DNA from: a virus
Lineage: Duplodnaviria; Caudoviricetes
IMG/VR virus record: IMGVR_UViG_3300015607_000582
Span: 64,001 to 128,000 of that record
DNA: 64,000 bases
Direction: 5' to 3' (one strand)
The notes beneath the pieces were generated by a model that made no database searches, had not been told where the DNA came from, and saw only the letters and a list, made by a program, of their open reading frames with translations. Position 1 is the first letter of the stretch. Each line of letters starts with the position of its first letter. Shown one piece after another: positions 53,123 through 60,777 of the stretch. The position numbers were made by a program, and so were the translations under genes.

Positions 53123-54027
53123 GACAGCTCGTCCGCCTTCGCCTTGCGAGGCTTGAGGAGGGACATCGAGACCTTCGGTGCCACGCGGAACTTCATGAAG
53201 ACCGCGAGCAGGGACGGGTCGGCCACGACGAGCGCCTCGGCCTTCTCCTCGTCGAGGGTGACGGTCGTGGAGGCCAGCGAGAGCAGCTCCTCTGCATCCA
53301 GCTCGCTCAGGTCGAACGACGAGGACACGGAGAGGGTGACCGTCTTCGTCACGCACTTCTCGGCCAGCTCGGGGAACTCGTCCACGAAGCCGAGGACGTC
53401 GAAGTCAGCGCCGCGCTCAGTCCGCCCACGGCCGTAGACCATCTTCGTCTGCGTGTTGACGTACTGGTACTTCATGTACTGCGGGTCGGGCTCCATGACC
53501 ACGATCCACTCGCGGTCGTTGTCCGGGTTGGGCTCCATGAGCAGCTCACCGTCAGCGGTGATCGCCACGCACATGTCCGGGTAGCGAGTGTTCAGGGCGT
53601 CGTCGATGTCCTCGCCGTCCTTGAGCAGGACGCGCTCGGTGACCCGCTCCAGCGGCACGTTGTCGATGATGTACTGCGTGAGCAGGTCGAAGAACTGGGA
53701 CTTGCGGACGTCCTTCGACTCCTCGGCGTCCTTCCACTTGTCGTAGACCTTGCCGAGGTCTGCGGTGAGGATCTGGAGCTTGTCGTTGACGGTCTCCGCC
53801 GCCTCGATCTGCTCCTCGATGGTCTGCTTCTTGGCCTTGGTCGTCATCTCCGCTCTCCGTTCGATTGCGATCTGCTGATGGGAACAGTGTCCCCTGAACC
53901 TGAACCCGTCACAGTCGCAGACGGGTTCATCTGGCCACGGTGGGAAGAGGACATCGTGTACCGCTCCCTCGATTGTCTGCGAGGGGACGGGGATGATCTC
54001 CCAACCGTGTTCTGGTCCGATTGCCAT
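53119..54027 (-). CDS. Hypothetical protein with N-terminal SWIM finger; alternative start at 53847
   Basis: CDC.GF..RG.CSH; ATG 7 nt after class II -10. Confidence 0.65.
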   Translation of the reverse strand: MAIGPEHGWEIIPVPSQTIEGAVHDVLFPPWPDEPVCDCDGFRFRGHCSHQQIAIERRAEMTTKAKKQTIEEQIEAAETVNDKLQILTADLGKVYDKWKDAEESKDVRKSQFFDLLTQYIIDNVPLERVTERVLLKDGEDIDDALNTRYPDMCVAITADGELLMEPNPDNDREWIVVMEPDPQYMKYQYVNTQTKMVYGRGRTERGADFDVLGFVDEFPELAEKCVTKTVTLSVSSSFDLSELDAEELLSLASTTVTLDEEKAEALVVADPSLLAVFMKFRVAPKVSMSLLKPRKAKADELS

Positions 54028-54034
54028 GTGAACC

Positions 54035-54060
54035 AGTGTACTCGACGGGTCGGATGAACC
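54035..54060 (-). promoter_or_regulatory. Class II promoter
   Basis: GGTTCATCCGAC-N8-TACACT. Confidence 0.72.
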
Positions 54061-54072
54061 GTCTTGGGTATC

Positions 54073-54101
54073 ATCGTAGCGAGTCCCCGCATGGCAGTCA
54101 A
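54073..54101 (-). promoter_or_regulatory. SigA-like promoter
   Basis: TTGACT-17nt-TACGAT, preceded by GGGG as in class I. Confidence 0.65.
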
Positions 54102-54344
54102 CCCCTGTATCGAGGTATTCGCTCTTCTCGGTACACGCGCGTCGCGTGACGCGAGTAAAGGGGCGACTGCGCGGCCTCTCGGAATGGCGCAGTCTCGCCC
54201 AACGGCCTCGTACCGTCTAGGTGTCACCGAACGACCAGTCGGTGTGCTGCCGGTGCTTGCCGGGCCCGCTGGGGGCTATGCTGGGGCCGCTGCTCGACTC
54301 CCGTCGCCGGGGGCAGGTCGCTCCAGAGAAGCGGCCGGAGCCCA

Positions 54345-54370
54345 ATCGTAGCGAGGCCGTCGGACGAACC
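54345..54370 (-). promoter_or_regulatory. Class II promoter with no clear downstream ORF
   Basis: GGTTCGTCCGAC-N8-TACGAT. Confidence 0.7.
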
Positions 54371-54405
54371 GAGGCCCGCCCCGGTGATCGTCGGGACGGG
54401 CCTCG
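54370..54405 (-). terminator. GC-rich hairpin after holin
   Basis: CGAGGCCCGTCCCG...CGGGGCGGGCCTCG. Confidence 0.5.
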
Positions 54406-54451
54406 TGGCGGAGATGATGAGCGGCGAGCCTACGTGCGCGCCTTCGCAGGG

Positions 54452-54766
54452 TCAAGCCTGCTCCACTCCAGCCGATCCCTTCCTGATGGCCTCGACCTGC
54501 GCGACGCTCGTGTTGTAGGCCGCGACGGCCTCGACGGCTGCCTTCTTGAGGTCGTGCCGCTTCGCGCTGTAGGCGATGGCCTGCAGGCTGGTGAGCAGCG
54601 ACACGCCGAGGATGACCCACGGCGCGTACTCGTCCGGAACGACCGGGACGAGATCGGTGAGCACCGTCAGCAGGACGGTTGTCCACTGGATGACGACAGT
54701 GGTGACGAGGGCGATGTACTCGGAGGTCTTCTTGCCCGGCTTGAGGGCGAGGTCGTGCAGTTCCAT
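54452..54766 (-). CDS. Putative holin
   Basis: KPGKKTSEY followed by two hydrophobic helices. Confidence 0.62.
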   Translation of the reverse strand: MELHDLALKPGKKTSEYIALVTTVVIQWTTVLLTVLTDLVPVVPDEYAPWVILGVSLLTSLQAIAYSAKRHDLKKAAVEAVAAYNTSVAQVEAIRKGSAGVEQA

Positions 54767-54789
54767 GATGCTCCAGTGTGTCGGTGTGG

Positions 54790-54801
54790 GCACACATTAG
54801 G
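54790..54801 (-). promoter_or_regulatory. Class III motif variant upstream of holin
   Basis: CCTAA-TGT-GTGC. Confidence 0.5.
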
Positions 54802-54815
54802 CCGGTGCTCTGCCG

Positions 54816-54841
54816 AGTTCGTCCGGCCAGCCGCGTATCAT
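54816..54841 (+). promoter_or_regulatory. Class II promoter (only plus-strand copy seen)
   Basis: AGTTCGTCCGGC-N8-TATCAT, ATG 7 nt later. Confidence 0.75.
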
Positions 54842-54848
54842 GGGCACC

Positions 54849-56972
54849 ATGACGAGCACAGGTCATAGGCTGGCTGTCCCGCGTGGACATGGCCAGCGAG
54901 AGATTGGACGGCTGCCCGCAGTCGTCGCATCGGCGGGCCCGGCGAGGAAACTGTGCAACTTCGCTGGGTCCGCCGGAGCACCCCGCTGGCGCGTCTTCAA
55001 CGACGCCGACAAGCACGAGCTGTTCTCGGGCGACGAGCGGCGCAAGTTCCTCTTCCTCGAACGGCACGAGACGCTGCCGCTGCAGTGGGCGGTCGAGAGC
55101 TTCGACCCCACCTACCTGCAGCGCATGGGCGACGCGATGACGGCCTACAACACGGTCACCGTCTTCGCCGTCGACGGCTTCCTTGCCCGCGCGGCCGAGC
55201 AGGGGTACGAGGTGGTCTTCCTCGAAGACCCTGCCGAGGAGTTCGCGTGGCTGGCGTCACTGTCGGAGCCGGTCGGCGTCTCGATTGCCGAGCCGCACCT
55301 CGACGGCACGACCGACGAGGGGTTCCTGCCCTGTCAGGCGCAGGGCATCAACTTCGCCAAGGGGCGACGTGCGACCTACCTCAACTGGTCGACCGGCGTC
55401 GGCAAGTCCGTGGCCATGCTCGGCCTGATCGAGTGGTACACCAAGCACGACCTCATCGACCTCGTGCTCTGCTTCGTGAAGCCCCACAACAAGATCAACA
55501 CCCAGCGCGGATTCGAGCGGCTGTGGGGGATCGAGGGCGACCCGCGCTCGGTGATCGTCGACGGCACGCTGCGCAAGCGCGAGAACCAGTACGTCGACGT
55601 CGCTCGGGCGATGAAGGGCGGCGAGGTGCCGATCCTCATCACCAACCACGAGAAGATGCGCGAGGACGTCGAGGCGATGAAGTTCCTCGTCGAGGGGCGG
55701 CGCGTCCTGATCCTGTGGGACGAGATGAGCAGCAAGCTCGGCAACCACGAGACCGCGATCTACAAGGGCACCGTCGAGGCGCTGTACACCTCCCACACGT
55801 CGCGCAAGAAGGTCACGGGGCGCGGCAACAAGAAGGTCGAGGAGACCGTCCGCTCGTACTTCCCCCGCGCAGGCTCGGAGCGGACGGCGGAGGTCTACCA
55901 CGTCGCGCTGTCAGCGACCCCCATCGAGCACAACCCCGGCCAGTTCTTCAACCAGTTCAACATCATGGACCCGACGATCTACGGCACCCGTCGAGCCTTC
56001 GAGAGCACGTTCGGGCGTGGCCGCGACCCGTGGAACAACATCGTCTGGGACGCCAACAAGCTGCCGCTGGTGGGGCTCATGGCTCTCGACGCAATCCACC
56101 AGATCGACAAGGAAGACCCGGACATCGCCGAGCAGTTTCCCGAGGTCATGCCGCCCGAGACCGTCTACCTGCAGATGTCGCCGGGCGAAGCGTTCCTGTA
56201 CGACAAGCTCGTCGCCGAGTACGAGAACATGCGCGAGGCCGACGCCTCGATTCTCGACGAGACGGAGATCCTCGCCGCCCTCAACGTGCTGGAGATGATC
56301 TGCTGCAATCCGATGGCGGTGCTCGACAGCGCGAAGGCCCATCAGGAGTGGCTCGATGGCGGCGGTCGGCCGGAGGATCGAGCTGGATCGCAGGTCGCGT
56401 GGAAGCTGCGCGAGCTGATCGACAACGACAAGAAGTTCAACATCGTGCCGACCAAGTCGCTGGCCCTCATCGAGGAGCTGGAGGAGAACCCGGACGAGAA
56501 GTACGTCGTGTTCACCTCGCTCAACGACAGCCTGATCCCGTACCTGTCGGGGTGGCTGGACAAGGTTGGCATCTCGCACGTCTGCTACCACGGCGGCCTG
56601 TCGATGCAGCAGAAGCAGGCGGCCGAGGATGCGTTCCAGAACGACCCTGACGTCCGGGTGTTCCTGTCGTCCGATGCCGGATCCGACTCGATCAACCTGC
56701 ACGCGGCCGCCGAGGTCATCCACTACAACCTGCCGTGGTCGTACGCGAAGAAGATCCAGCGCCAGAACCGCATCAACCGACTGACGTCGACGCGACTGAC
56801 CAACCGCTACCGCGACCTGCGGTTCTCGGGCACCTACGAGGACCGCAAGGAGGAGGTCATCGCCCAGAAGGCGGGCTTCCACACCGGCATCCTGCGCGGC
56901 GCCATCGCGGAGCAGGCCCAGACCCTGCGGCGCGGCGACTTCATGTACGTGCTTCTCGGAGGAGAGCGATGA
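54849..56972 (+). CDS. SNF2-like SF2 helicase
   Basis: STGVGKS, WDEM, LSATP, VVFT, SSDAG..INL, QRQNRINR. Confidence 0.88.
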   Translation: MTSTGHRLAVPRGHGQREIGRLPAVVASAGPARKLCNFAGSAGAPRWRVFNDADKHELFSGDERRKFLFLERHETLPLQWAVESFDPTYLQRMGDAMTAYNTVTVFAVDGFLARAAEQGYEVVFLEDPAEEFAWLASLSEPVGVSIAEPHLDGTTDEGFLPCQAQGINFAKGRRATYLNWSTGVGKSVAMLGLIEWYTKHDLIDLVLCFVKPHNKINTQRGFERLWGIEGDPRSVIVDGTLRKRENQYVDVARAMKGGEVPILITNHEKMREDVEAMKFLVEGRRVLILWDEMSSKLGNHETAIYKGTVEALYTSHTSRKKVTGRGNKKVEETVRSYFPRAGSERTAEVYHVALSATPIEHNPGQFFNQFNIMDPTIYGTRRAFESTFGRGRDPWNNIVWDANKLPLVGLMALDAIHQIDKEDPDIAEQFPEVMPPETVYLQMSPGEAFLYDKLVAEYENMREADASILDETEILAALNVLEMICCNPMAVLDSAKAHQEWLDGGGRPEDRAGSQVAWKLRELIDNDKKFNIVPTKSLALIEELEENPDEKYVVFTSLNDSLIPYLSGWLDKVGISHVCYHGGLSMQQKQAAEDAFQNDPDVRVFLSSDAGSDSINLHAAAEVIHYNLPWSYAKKIQRQNRINRLTSTRLTNRYRDLRFSGTYEDRKEEVIAQKAGFHTGILRGAIAEQAQTLRRGDFMYVLLGGER

Positions 56973-57220
56973 CCCGGCCCAAGTTCGTCAAGGTGCAGCA
57001 ACCACTGCCCGGAGCCGGTCTCGTATCGTTCGGCGCGGGACGGAGCGTGAAGTCTCGCCAGACGGAGTTCGACGAGAAGTACCACCCCAGCCTCGTGCGC
57101 TTCGACATCGGCATGCACGCTCGCCGGAATGGACACCTGAGCCCCGGCGGCCCAGTCTCCATGGCGGGGTCAAGTCCCGACTGGAGCAGGCTGGAGGATG
57201 AGCGCAAGCTCTGCGACTAG
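56969..57220 (+). CDS. Hypothetical protein
   Basis: GGAGGAG RBS, ATGA coupling. Confidence 0.5.
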   Translation: MTRPKFVKVQQPLPGAGLVSFGAGRSVKSRQTEFDEKYHPSLVRFDIGMHARRNGHLSPGGPVSMAGSSPDWSRLEDERKLCD

Positions 57221-57759
57221 GCGAAGTCGATTGCGCTCGACACCTTGATCTGCCCGTTGGGGAGAGCCAGCACGAGGTAGAACGCTGCGATGTTGGCGCT
57301 CTCGTTGATCGTGATGGCGATCTGCCCGGAGGCGTTCGACACGAGCGAGAACGCCTTCTTGGAGCCGGATTCGTCGATGATGAGGCCGGTGCTCGCGGTC
57401 ACCGCGCCGTTCGGGGCGGTGTTGATGAGGTCGAGGCCGTCGCTGTTGTCCGAGAACCACGCCTTGACCCGCCGCGACGCCCGGAGGTTGATCCCGAGGA
57501 TGTCCTTGAGCTGGATGGTGACGCCGATGGCGTTCCCGGCCTCGGCCGCGACCGTGATGGTGGTCGTGGAGGCGTCGGGAGCCTGCTCGTCGAGGTTGCT
57601 GGAGACGATCTGCCAGCGGCCCATCGTCAGGTTCAGGTCACGACGCACGGCGGGGTCGTCCACGTTCACGCGCGTGCCGCCCGCAGCCACCGTGGCGATG
57701 CTCGTCTTGTTGATGCGCAGCGGCGTCGCCGAAATGCGGCCGATCTGGAGGATTGCCAT
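57217..57759 (-). CDS. Putative virion decoration protein (paralog 2)
   Basis: Beta-rich; clearly similar to 57867-58433; class III motif upstream. Confidence 0.6.
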   Translation of the reverse strand: MAILQIGRISATPLRINKTSIATVAAGGTRVNVDDPAVRRDLNLTMGRWQIVSSNLDEQAPDASTTTITVAAEAGNAIGVTIQLKDILGINLRASRRVKAWFSDNSDGLDLINTAPNGAVTASTGLIIDESGSKKAFSLVSNASGQIAITINESANIAAFYLVLALPNGQIKVSSAIDFA

Positions 57760-57777
57760 CGTCGTCCTTCCGGGGGT

Positions 57778-57789
57778 TCACCTGTTAGG
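57778..57789 (-). promoter_or_regulatory. Class III motif
   Basis: CCTAA-CAG-GTGA. Confidence 0.6.
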
Positions 57790-57802
57790 TGCCAGAACGC
57801 AG

Positions 57803-57834
57803 ACGGCCGCCCCCTCGCGAAAGGGGACGGCCGC
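57803..57834 (-). terminator. Hairpin, probable terminator
   Basis: GCGGCCGTCCCCT-TTCGCG-AGGGGGCGGCCGT. Confidence 0.55.
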
Positions 57835-57866
57835 TGTACTGAGCCCACATCGTGGTGGGGCAGTGA

Positions 57867-58433
57867 CTACGCGAGGTCGATGACGTCCGAGACCTTCAGC
57901 TCGCCGTTGGGGAACTCGACCCAGAGGTACTTCGGGGTCGCGTTGCCCGCGTGAGCGACGGACAGGACGAGCACGCCGTTGGCGTCGGTGACGCCCTTGA
58001 ACACGAGGTCGTCGACGACCTCTGCGACCAGCGATCCGGTCGTGGCCGTGACGGTGATCGTGTCGTCGCTCGCGACAGCTCCGGTCGTCGCCGAGCTGGA
58101 CAGCCAGCAGTTGACGGTGCGGACGGCGTCGACGTCGACCCCGGTCACGTCCTTGAGGGTGACGGTGACGGCGATGGCGTCACCGGCCTCGGTTGCGACG
58201 GCGATGGTCGACGCGCCAGCGTCAGCGACGCCGCCAGCGGCAGCGACGGGAGCGCCGGAGTCGACGATGTCGGTGAGGACGACCCACTGACCGACGGAAC
58301 GGTTCAGGTCGCGCTTGACGGCGGGGTTGTCGAGGTCGACGGTCGTGCCGCCATCGGCGACGGTAGCGATGGGGGTGCGGTCGATGCGAAGGCGCTTGCG
58401 CGCAGTGCGGGCGATGCGGATGAGATTGGCCAT
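57867..58433 (-). CDS. Putative virion decoration protein (paralog 1)
   Basis: Beta-rich, Ala/Thr/Val-rich; class III motif upstream. Confidence 0.6.
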   Translation of the reverse strand: MANLIRIARTARKRLRIDRTPIATVADGGTTVDLDNPAVKRDLNRSVGQWVVLTDIVDSGAPVAAAGGVADAGASTIAVATEAGDAIAVTVTLKDVTGVDVDAVRTVNCWLSSSATTGAVASDDTITVTATTGSLVAEVVDDLVFKGVTDANGVLVLSVAHAGNATPKYLWVEFPNGELKVSDVIDLA

Positions 58434-58531
58434 GTTCGTGTCCTTTGGGATCGTGTGGTTGCTCTACGGAGCAGCCCGCTCAGGCGGCCAAGCCTGTCGG
58501 GTCGGTCATCGCGCTTGCGCTTGATGCCAGC

Positions 58532-58543
58532 TCACCCTTTAGG
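58532..58543 (-). promoter_or_regulatory. Class III motif
   Basis: CCTAA-AGG-GTGA. Confidence 0.6.
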
Positions 58544-58551
58544 CACGAGCG

Positions 58552-60777
58552 TCAGCGGGTTCGGTAGCTCTTGTCGTAGAGCGGCACGCCGAGCTGCGCG
58601 TATCGAGGGATCACCTTGTAGTTGACGATGCGAGCTGTCGGGGTGAGCGCCGTGCCCTGAATCTGGAGGTCGCGGCCGCGCTCCTCGGGCGGGAAGTGGA
58701 TGCCGCCGAAGGGGTCGCTGACGTAGTTGCGGAACGAGCGCCAGCGGCCGTCGGCGGTGGCCCGAGCCTCCCACTCGACCGTGCGCTGGCCAACCCGCAG
58801 GTCGTCGACCCAGAAGTGCCCGATGCCCGCGTCCTGCGGAACGAGGATGGACATGCGATAGAACAGGCTGGCGTACTGGTTGCGGTACGGGAGCAGGTCG
58901 ATGTAGACCTCGTTCCAGCGCGTCGGCTGGAGATGTTCGAGGTTGATCCGGAACCTGATCGGGTCGCCGTTCTCGTCGAGCGAGGTCGACTCCATGAGGA
59001 TGTACGGCTGCGTGTCGGGCGTGGATCCGCTGCCGACCCAGATGTTCGCCCTGATGTACGAGTGCTTCCAGTCGTCGATCAGGAAGTTCGAGGTCACGAG
59101 GCCGGACTTCGAGCGATAGCTTCCGAGGCCCGACGGAGACTTGGTGGTGTCGATGAACTGCTCCCGCACGTCGACCCAGAACACGCCCTGCGTCAACATG
59201 ACGTCGGGGGTCGTGTTGGCGATGAGCTGCACGCCATCGACCGGCGTCGGTGACCGGAACACGCGCGAGCGAATGGTTCCGTACCCGATGGTGCCCTCCG
59301 CCAGCTCGTCGATGTATGCGTCGTAGTCGACGAACGAGGCCGAGAAGCCGCAGCGCCCGAGCCGCCCCTTGTACGCAGGATTGGAGAGCAGCACCTGCGC
59401 AACGAGCGAGCCGATTCCGTTGCGCTCATCCGACTCGTGCAGGCGAAGCTCGACGGATGCGCCCACGGCGGTCGCGGAGAAGTAGTAGCGCCCCGAATCG
59501 ACCACGATCCCTCGACCGGCCTCGACGTCTTCGTCGATGGCTCGATCCAGCGTGACGCCCCACGACGTCAGCGTGGTGTCGCCGACGAGCACGTTCGCAC
59601 CGTCGTTGCCGTCGTAGCGGAACACCCGGTACGAGGCCGCGCCGTTGAGATCCCATTCGAGGCGGGCCACCATGTGGCTCTCCAGACCCCCAAACGTCCC
59701 CTCGCGGAAGATGAGGTCGATGCTGTTGGTGCCAGCCTGTGTGAGCGCGCCTCCAGTGCAGAAGAACACGCCGACCGAACCGTCGATGAAGCGGGGGTCG
59801 TTATCGGGGTCGTCCGACGCGCTGCGGATGAGCTTCGGGATGTTGGTGCCGATGGTGGTGCCGTCGAGCGCGACCTGATTCTTGATGACGCGATGGCGCG
59901 TGTCGAAGTCGATCTTGCGGTCGTTGGCCTGATAGTCGGTCAGATCCTCGATGACGCGGATGCCGTGCAGCAGCCGCATGGTGTGGCCGTCGGTCGATGC
60001 CGCCTTCTCGATGTGGATGCGGATCCCGGTCACGGCCGTGATGTCGAATGTGTCGCGCAGGAAGCTGGAGATCGGCACCGCCACCCAGTGCGTGCCGCCG
60101 ACGCTCGCCGAGAATGCGAGCTTCACCGACTCGCCGTCCTCCGGGCTGTCACCCACCTGATTGGCCGAGGTGAACGAGCCGTCTGTGTTGGACGAGAGCT
60201 GGACGTACGACGAAGCGGCGGTCAGCGAGCTGAGGGTGATGTCGGCCGTCGAGTCGAACGTGATGACGAGGTGCGCGCTGGGGCCGAAGAGCGTCTCGCT
60301 GCAGTCGATGGGGTTGGTGACGTCGTCGGTGTCAACCGGAATGCTCGAAACGAGATCGGCGTCGATTGCGTTGCCGTCGGCGGTGAGTGTCAGCGCCCGC
60401 AGGTTGGCCGGTGACGAGATCAGGCCGACCTTGAGCAGCTTCGCCTCGTTCGCGCCGTAGGAGGCACCGTCGTAGGTGATCCAGTTGGGGTTCGGGTAGA
60501 CGCCAGTGCCGCTCGCCTCCCAGAACTCGCCAGCGACGATGCGCTGCGATTCGAGGTTGAACTGGGTGCCGTACGGCGGATCCAGCTCAAGCAGGGTCTG
60601 CGAGAGCTGATCCAGCTCGGACTGCGTGCGGGGGCGCTCGATGTCGAAGTTGATGAACGAGCGCAGGTCTGCGTGGATGACCTCGTCGATCCATGCGCTG
60701 TCCGCGACGCCGTCGGGAGTCCAGTATTCCAGCCACCGCCCATTGGGTGAGCTAAAGGTGTCAGCGATGGGCCTCAT
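58552..60777 (-). CDS. Putative tail/baseplate structural protein
   Basis: 741 aa, beta-rich, coupled to the upstream tail gene. Confidence 0.55.
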   Translation of the reverse strand: MRPIADTFSSPNGRWLEYWTPDGVADSAWIDEVIHADLRSFINFDIERPRTQSELDQLSQTLLELDPPYGTQFNLESQRIVAGEFWEASGTGVYPNPNWITYDGASYGANEAKLLKVGLISSPANLRALTLTADGNAIDADLVSSIPVDTDDVTNPIDCSETLFGPSAHLVITFDSTADITLSSLTAASSYVQLSSNTDGSFTSANQVGDSPEDGESVKLAFSASVGGTHWVAVPISSFLRDTFDITAVTGIRIHIEKAASTDGHTMRLLHGIRVIEDLTDYQANDRKIDFDTRHRVIKNQVALDGTTIGTNIPKLIRSASDDPDNDPRFIDGSVGVFFCTGGALTQAGTNSIDLIFREGTFGGLESHMVARLEWDLNGAASYRVFRYDGNDGANVLVGDTTLTSWGVTLDRAIDEDVEAGRGIVVDSGRYYFSATAVGASVELRLHESDERNGIGSLVAQVLLSNPAYKGRLGRCGFSASFVDYDAYIDELAEGTIGYGTIRSRVFRSPTPVDGVQLIANTTPDVMLTQGVFWVDVREQFIDTTKSPSGLGSYRSKSGLVTSNFLIDDWKHSYIRANIWVGSGSTPDTQPYILMESTSLDENGDPIRFRINLEHLQPTRWNEVYIDLLPYRNQYASLFYRMSILVPQDAGIGHFWVDDLRVGQRTVEWEARATADGRWRSFRNYVSDPFGGIHFPPEERGRDLQIQGTALTPTARIVNYKVIPRYAQLGVPLYDKSYRTR

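Noticed and set aside
6144-54841. GGTTCGTCCGAC repeats as CRISPR repeats, tRNA T-arms or att sites
   Set aside because: Dispersed rather than arrayed, no cloverleaf, and fixed spacing to a -10 element
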